This document shows positions 1 through 9,927 of a stretch of DNA of 9,927 nucleotides, piece by piece; position 1 is the stretch's first letter, and every line of letters starts with the position of its first letter. The DNA is taken from assembly GCA_043228905.1 (NCBI GenBank), contig JBHGNT010001312.1, forward strand, positions 1 to 9,927. The letters are read 5' to 3'. Below the pieces are notes generated by a model, which had not been told where the DNA came from, did not search any database, and saw nothing but the letters and a program-made list of their open reading frames with translations. The stretch is from Azolla caroliniana (Eukaryota; Plantae; Polypodiophyta). Position numbers and translations under genes: made by a program.

Positions 1-527
1 AAGAATGATATATATCTCCATTACCTACCATGATCATACTCCATGCAGAGATATTATTATATGTGAGAAGCCAAATAATTTCTATTACCAAGAGAATGAC
101 AAATATATGAGAGAGGCCAAATTATACTACAACATATATCCTGAATTGATATTCACATCGATAACGATGGATACGCACATCCTACAATGTATATGCTTCC
201 TATAGTACTAAATTTCATGTGTGCTAGACTCTTGTTTGCATAACTCTATGGGTCTTTTTGAAAATTTTCATTGTACATTCTCTCAATTTGGAGATTTTAT
301 AATATCTCATAGTCTACGTTCCATTCTCTATCGACACCAACTTCAACCACATCCAGTCTATTTCATACACCTCTGGGGTGCTTTGATGGGGATAAAGATG
401 CTGACTATCTCAGTGTCTGGGATCAGCTGAACTTGGTTTCTCTTCCCAAGAGGAGTCTTTACAATGGCATTACGCCTCCCCTCCTTGTCTGTGTTTATAC
501 ATTACATGTAAATGTGTGCCTATACAT

Positions 528-552
528 ACACACACACACACACACACACACA
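528..552. repeat. (AC)n microsatellite in the KIWI-like intron
   Basis: Uninterrupted run of about 12 AC units. Confidence 0.9.
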
Positions 553-732
553 GTGCAAACACATACAAATACATCTGCTTGTTAATTTACTTGTAAATAC
601 ACATGCGGATGATGTAGATGGCGTAAGAATACCCATATGTGTAGCCCTTGAATGATTATGTATGATAAAAGCCAAAGTGAGCCACTTATGCTATATCTCT
701 GTTTGTTCTGGAGTAAGTGGACCATGACATAC

Positions 733-864
733 CTCACAGACAGTGATACCATCCACATCATCTTTCTCTGTTCTAGCCACTTTCCTTGCAGGTTTCTCCG
801 CTTGGTCATCAGATCCATCATCAATGAATTTGTCCTTGGGTCGAGACTTGCCCCACCTAGACAT
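733..864 (-). CDS. KIWI: First coding exon of an RNA polymerase II transcriptional coactivator, KIWI-like (PC4/Sub1 family); partial, remainder left of the window
   Basis: Translates MSRWGKSRPKDKFIDDGSDDQAEKPARKVARTEKDDVDGITVCE (44 aa). This resembles the Arabidopsis KIWI N-terminus as I recall it (MSSRGKRK...APAKKVAK...DDIVVC). It is bounded by the acceptor TTTTGTAG (AG at 872-871) and the donor GAG|GTATGT (GT at 732-731). The PC4 core exon is not seen in 1-730. Confidence 0.75.
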
Positions 865-1791
865 GGAAACCTACAAAACGAGGTCCTTCTAAGGAGCAGA
901 TGACAGGAACAGAGTATCCAGAGAAATGAAAGCTTGAACCTCTTTCACTCTCTCTTGGTTTTATGTCTTCCATTTGCTTCTTCTTTAGTCCCACATTTTC
1001 CCTTTACTGTCTAATAAAGTTAAAAATGTTTCACACCATCTCTTACGGCAGTGGAAACTCGATGTATATCGACAACAGCATTCAGAAGATGGATTTACTA
1101 CAATACTAGACTATCACATTGTTTGCTTTGTCAATAATTGCAGTATTTGCAGTTGCTTAATGTATAATACCTGGATCGATTATGGCCAAGTTCACAAAAC
1201 GAGACGAGTGTCTTTCTCATGATAGATCAGACAAAATACACCTTGGTTAAAGCCAAATATACACCTTTCCATGATAGACAAACCTAGGTTAAAGTCCAAT
1301 ATGGTTCAGGAAGGAAACAAAAATGCAATTGTGATCATTCCACATGTGTGCCCTTCACGATGGCTACATAAAGCCAACTATTTGGATGTACCCAAAGCAT
1401 TCCGTTCCACCAACACAAAATGTATAAAGAAAGTGTGATAAATTTAACCCAAATTCTTTAGGTATTCAAGACCATGTAATTTCCCTCTTCCCCAATATAA
1501 TTTGGTGCAGAAGTTATCTACTTGTTTTGCTGAACATACATGTCCCTGTCAACAAAATGCATATTGCTCCCAAAGCAAAGTAGGTCATCTGAATACTTGC
1601 GAACATGGATTTTTATTAACTATCTACCTGATTTCTAAGTAATTATGTTCAGTAAGCTGCTTATCTCATCATCATGAGTGTTTTATGCGTGCTTGTCTTG
1701 AGAGAAGAGGGGAAAGGGAAGTTCTTCAAGTAAAAAGAGATGATTTGATCCCCATTTGCAATAGACGCTCCTGTGTTTTACAATAGAGCGT

Positions 1792-1805
1792 AGAGAGAGA
1801 GAGAG
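1792..1805. repeat. (AG)n microsatellite; CT-rich tract on the minus strand, candidate KIWI 5' leader/promoter region
   Basis: AGAGAGAGAGAGAG, with a further purine-rich tract at ~1700-1720. The promoter role is an inference. Confidence 0.6.
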
Positions 1806-2629
1806 CTAATTCCATGTGTTGATGGCTTATAAAATACACTAATGCCAAATATAACGGCAATAAATTGGAGTAAAGAAGTGGACAAGTACATGAGGTGTGC
1901 CACACGAATGATGAATAATGAAGCAAAAGAAAGTAGGCAGATATCAGCCCTTAATAGATATGCTGCAAAAGAATCACTTCATAATGGGAGAACACAAATA
2001 GAAAACTTGGGTAATTATAACTTCAGCAATGGTGATAAGCCGTAACAAAGTTATTGATAACAACAAGATTATTGCACCTCAATGTGTTGATTGCATGACT
2101 GTATTGCCAGTAATAGCAAAGACAGATTGCAACACATTGATATTAATTATGGAGAGCTGGGCTCACCCAATAAATGTCCTAACCAAACATTAACACATCC
2201 TTCTGTTGTTCCAAAAAACACGCACAACTCCTATAGTCACCTTCCAAGGACTACGATGCAAGCTTATCAACTCCTATAATAGCTAGCTCATAGGAATGCT
2301 CTACATGCTAGAAAACCCACAACATGTCATAAAAATGTTGTCAAACTCGTCAACTTCAGTTCATTGCAGAATAATTTCCAATGTTCTGGCACCAAATCAT
2401 TGCAGTACAATGGAGCTACATGGTCAATGACATCTTATACATTATAGGTAGATATCAGAAGATGACAGTATTTCGGCCAAGGCCACTTTCACATGCCAAA
2501 AATAGAACACCTCTATTTTCCTCGTGTATGCCATATGAGGGCATACATCAAAGGAGCCAACCAAAAGTTTTTTTAGCAACCGGTTACGACTATGTTTTCT
2601 ATTGCTTCAGGACATCTGACCATTCAAAA

Positions 2630-6379
<3,750 letters not shown>

Positions 6380-6506
6380 TTATCATCTGTCTACTCTCTC
6401 TGTTTTAGATTACATACATACACATAAGTTCATAACTATTAACCAACAAAAGATAAGGCGAGGGGGGCTTCTCACTTGCTCTAGGGGAGACACACTCCAA
6501 ATAATA

Positions 6507-6553
6507 AAACCCTAACCCTAACAATGAGAAGAACCCTAACCCTAAACCCTAAA
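6507..6553. promoter_or_regulatory. Telo-box / interstitial telomeric motif cluster in the DAPDC proximal promoter
   Basis: AAACCCTAACCCTAA (6507-6521) and AACCCTAACCCTAAACCCTAAA (6532-6553), about 180-225 bp upstream of the DAPDC ATG. Confidence 0.65.
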
Positions 6554-6815
6554 ACCACCACCATGAGAAGGAGGAGGATAAGCTCGTCTTTTACACATTT
6601 CTCGTGACTTGCGTCCAAATGGCTATGCTCCCGTCGGACATATTATGTATTAACCTCCCAATTGCCTACCACACCCTCGCATCGCCAATCGTGATGTGTT
6701 TATGTCGGCAATATCAAATTTATGCGCCCAAAACACGTTGGGTATTTATAATTATCGATGCAACGGGTTGGAGGATCAACTTTTTCTGTGTACCTCGCCT
6801 GATCTGCTTCCTATC

Positions 6816-6935
6816 TGTTACGAGCATGACCATATATATATCCCGTGGTAAGTTGTACCGTAGTATTCTACACGCGTGGATAAAGTACTACGGTGCAACT
6901 TAACCACGGGTTATTATATGGTCATGCCCGTAACG
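6816..6935. mobile_element. 120-bp palindromic MITE/foldback-like insertion with 5-bp target-site duplication (CTATC)
   Basis: The left arm 6816-6865 (TGTTACGAGCATGACCATATATATATCCCGTGGTAAGTTGTACCGTAGTA) is the near reverse complement of the right arm 6886-6935 (TACTACGGTGCAACTTAACCACGGGTTATTATATGGTCATGCCCGTAACG). The centre holds the palindrome CACGCGTG (6871-6878). CTATC flanks both ends directly (6811-6815 and 6936-6940). Confidence 0.75.
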
Positions 6936-7217
6936 CTATCGGTAACATCCACCATATTACGTGCTCAATACCTTTCATCCCACATTTGCGTGTGTGAGCA
7001 AGCAAGCATACCAAGGTGAATTGTAGATCATACTATGGCGATGTTAATCCTAGGTTTGTGTGAACCATGGCATCAAAAAAGGCCAACCGTTTATATTTCC
7101 GTCATATCATACTTGGAAAGTGTGCCATGCCAAAGCAACCTTCGGTGTTGTCATTGAGTATCAACAACCACCAACAACAATTGCTTGTTCGATTGTCCGA
7201 GAGAGTAAAAACCATCA

Positions 7218-7410
7218 ATGTTTGTTGACTAATATTGTCGAAACAAAAGTTAGTGCATAAAATTGGCAGGAGATGTCCAATCCGTGGGGTTCATTTATCA
7301 AATAGAGTAAACATTTGTCATGCAGTTGCACCCGTACGATGTTTGTTTACTAATATTGGTGGAGCAAAAGTTAGAGCATGAAATTGGTAGGATATGTCCA
7401 ACCCTTTGGG
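7218..7410. repeat. Imperfect direct duplication of ~70 bp, offset 121 bp
   Basis: ATGTTTGTTGACTAATATTGTCGAAACAAAAGTTAGTGCATAAAATTGGCAGGAGATGTCCAA starts at 7218, and ATGTTTGTTTACTAATATTGGTGGAGCAAAAGTTAGAGCATGAAATTGGTAGGATATGTCCAA starts at 7339. Confidence 0.85.
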
Positions 7411-8517
7411 ATGCGTGAAGCTATACTTACAAACATAATGCTTATGATTGATAATATATTGACGTTTTTTAGAACTTGGCTTCTATATTACGAGAATGAC
7501 ATTTGCAACTAAAAAGAAAACATTTATAACTGCATGTGGGACCCATAACATACAACATCTCAGTGAGTGTTAGCGGGTTATGCTATTCCAAAATAACTCA
7601 AACCTTATGTGAACTAGCCATATAGAGAAATGTCAAGCCAAAATAGTATGGCTATATTGAACACAAGATTCAAGGGCATTGAAAAGGTGATGGCCATCCA
7701 ATTACCAATATCCATGACACAAAATCGTCAAGTTATAAGAACTCAAGTTTACTTAGCTCAACACCATCTAAGTGTTTAAGGGCACTACATTAATAATGGT
7801 TAAACAATGAGATCACAAGACACGATTAAGGTCAATCCAAAACGTTGCAGTGATATGACACACGTGGCATATATAGGTAAAGCAATGAGGTTGCATAAAT
7901 GCACCTAGGGGTATGTGGTGCGTTCATGTAAGAAATAAGTGCAGGTGTGAACCAAGACATTGACAGAGCGACCATTAGTGCAAATAGTAGGTGCATCGCC
8001 ATCAAATTTGAGAATCGTTCAATTATCCTACGAGTTTGTTGTTGCCACATCGGAGGTTTGTATGTATAAGTTCAATGTGGAAGGAATTGGTCGAGAGAAT
8101 CAATGTTGAAGATACATAGAAAATTTTATGAAGGAAGGGAAAGAAAAATAAAAGAGCCTAAATTTGGCTTTAGAACCCAAAAAGGGCATTTACAAAACAT
8201 TTTGTTGTTTTCATTTAGGGAAAAATAAATTATGTATGTATATTTGCATTAAAATGAAAAGAAACAAAGGGGGCCCCAACAAAACGCGCATGAAATAGCA
8301 AAAGGGCACCAAAATCTGCATTAAAAATAGACTCAATTTTTGCTCCTCAAAAGCAAAAAAGGTGGAGAAGAGGAGGAGGAAGAAGAAGAAGGCGACTAAA
8401 TTTGCATGCTTATTTATTGTCACATTTTTAACTTTAGGACTCAAGAAGAGACATATAGAAGAGAAGATAAGAGACACATAGAAGAGATGAACGCATTCAT
8501 TCTCCACGAGAGCGAGT

Positions 8518-8544
8518 AAGAAGAAGAAGAAGAAGAAGAAGAAG
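8518..8544. repeat. (AAG)9 microsatellite upstream of SWEET
   Basis: Perfect AAG run, with a related GAG/AAG tract at ~8365-8392. Confidence 0.9.
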
Positions 8545-8959
8545 CTATACCTTCTTTTGTAACAGGTAAAAAACATCCAATTGCTTTGGTTGTATGCATG
8601 TGTGCATATATGCATGTATTCTTGGCGATCATGATTATATGTTTCTCCTCCTTGTTCATGCATGTAGGCTTAGGTTTGTCTAGAATTTGTATGTACATAC
8701 CATCCATCTAATTTGTATGTGTGTATGTTGGAGAGACTTAGATCATGTCTCTATGTATGGACCATATCTTAACTACACATGTACTCGTGTTATTTATGTT
8801 GTAGACTAGATTGATGGTTATTTATAACTACACATCTCTTAATTGCCTATACACACATGTTTTAAGGATTGCCTTTTTATTTGGCATCTTTTATTAGTAG
8901 GGTTTAGAACAACATCTCTTACATTTGTTGCACCCTAAGAAGGGTGTCGCCCGAGGAGA

Positions 8960-9927
8960 ATGCCTCTCTATGGAGGCGTATTGCACACCGTGCTTGGTGT
9001 CGTAGGTGAGATTTATAGACATTTAAGTTCTTATTCGTAATTATGTAATGGTTGTAGCTTTTACCTAATTGTTGCAAATTTTGTTTCTTAACATTAATTG
9101 ATTGTTTGTCTAACTTCTCTCATGATCTTTCATAGGGAATGTCGTTACGACTGGGTTTTTCTTAGTATCCTCTATGTAAGCCTCCACGTCAAGCTCAACA
9201 TACAAAAATGTGTGTGTGTTTGTATGCATACATATATGTATGTATATACACACACAATACATTTTAAACGATGTTATGTTGTCTTCATGTTCACATGAAT
9301 GGAAGTACATTCGAACACTTTTGATTTGCTAGATCTAACAACATTTATTTAAATGTTTATTGTATAGTCAAAGGATATATGAGATGTTGAAGAAGAAATC
9401 ATTGCAAAGTGAATCACGGTCATGTAATCTCTATCTCTTCATGCTTTTCAATTGCATGCTTTGGACATTTTACGGGCTGCCCTTCAATCGTCCGCACAAC
9501 TTTTGGGTCATCTTAACAAACTCCATAGGTTGTGCATTCTCTTTGGCAACAATAATAGCTTATCTTTGCTATGCGTCTAAAAGGACCAAGGTAACATCCC
9601 CTTTTAACAATATGCCCTGAAAGAGAAATATTGAATCAAAATTTACTAATGATTATTGCATATATTAAGACAATGATATGCGAAAACCTTGTTTTAGAAT
9701 GTTACATGACTACGTTAATCAAATTGAATCTCAATTAACATTGTATTGAACACACTTATTCAACTCAAAACATCAAGTCATTCAAATGTTTAATCTTGCA
9801 GGTGATCATATTATGGGAACTTCATGTATTTCTATTCCTTTTTCTCATTATGGTCGTCACACTTCTATTTGTAAATAAGAGCCACGAAAGAAGAGTTCTT
9901 GTCATAGGTTCCATATCAGCAATTTTT
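8960..9927 (+). CDS. SWEET: SWEET (MtN3/saliva) sugar transporter, divergent; exons 1-4, 3'-truncated by the window edge
   Basis: Exons: 8960-9005 (MPLYGGVLHTVLGVVG, G|GTGAG), 9136-9175 (GNVVTTGFFLVSS, AT|GTAAG), 9368-9590 (QRIYEMLKKKS...LFNCMLWTFYGLP...ILTNSIG...YLCYASKRTK|GTAAC), 9802-9927+ (VIILWELHVFLF...RRVLVIGSISAIF). Intron phases 1, 2, 0 and the tiny second exon match the canonical plant SWEET gene structure. Motifs: GN, KKKS, NCxLWxxYG, TN. Confidence 0.9.

Noticed and set aside
340-490. Possible second KIWI exon (minus strand, after ACACAG at ~490)
   Set aside because: The frames I read do not give the expected PC4 core (RRVSVRxxxGK...DIREFY), and they hit stops.
582-903. ORFs 582-824(-) and 652-903(+)
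   Set aside because: They overlap the KIWI-like exon in the wrong frame or strand and show no family resemblance.
1640-1960. C/D-box snoRNA candidates (ATGATGA at ~1908 on + and ~1670 on -)
   Set aside because: No suitably spaced CTGA D box, terminal stem or rRNA-antisense element was found.
6557-6582. Kozak-like ACCACCATG on the plus strand
   Set aside because: It opens only MRRRR(I)-type low-complexity sequence with no coding support, and is probably incidental.
7832-8050. 72-aa minus-strand ORF and other short intergenic ORFs (1726-2635, 6604-6903, 7060-7260, 9098-9310)
   Set aside because: They show no recognisable motifs or splice-supported continuation, and their lengths are compatible with chance.
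8211-8707. 150-aa and 88-aa minus-strand ORFs that look like membrane proteins
   Set aside because: The hydrophobic or Ser runs are translations of (TTC)n repeats and T-rich DNA, with no recognisable domain.

Overview
AT-rich land-plant nuclear genomic DNA with GT-AG introns. I suspect a fern or other non-model lineage but cannot establish this from the sequence. Three protein-coding genes are supported. (1) A complete 8-exon, plastid-targeted diaminopimelate decarboxylase (LysA/DAPDC, 497 aa) on the minus strand, 6328->2630. (2) The first coding exon of a PC4/KIWI-like RNA polymerase II coactivator on the minus strand, 864->733, which the ORF track misses; the rest of the gene lies left of the window. 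(3) The first four exons of a divergent SWEET (MtN3/saliva) sugar transporter on the plus strand, 8960->window end. The best non-coding signal is a 120-bp, almost fully palindromic insertion (6816-6935) with TG...C(A>G) ends and a 5-bp CTATC target-site duplication, located upstream of DAPDC. Also present are a ~187-bp x3 higher-order repeat filling DAPDC intron 5, a telo-box cluster mixing TTAGGG- and TTTAGGG-type units, and several microsatellites. I found no convincing novel multi-gene system.
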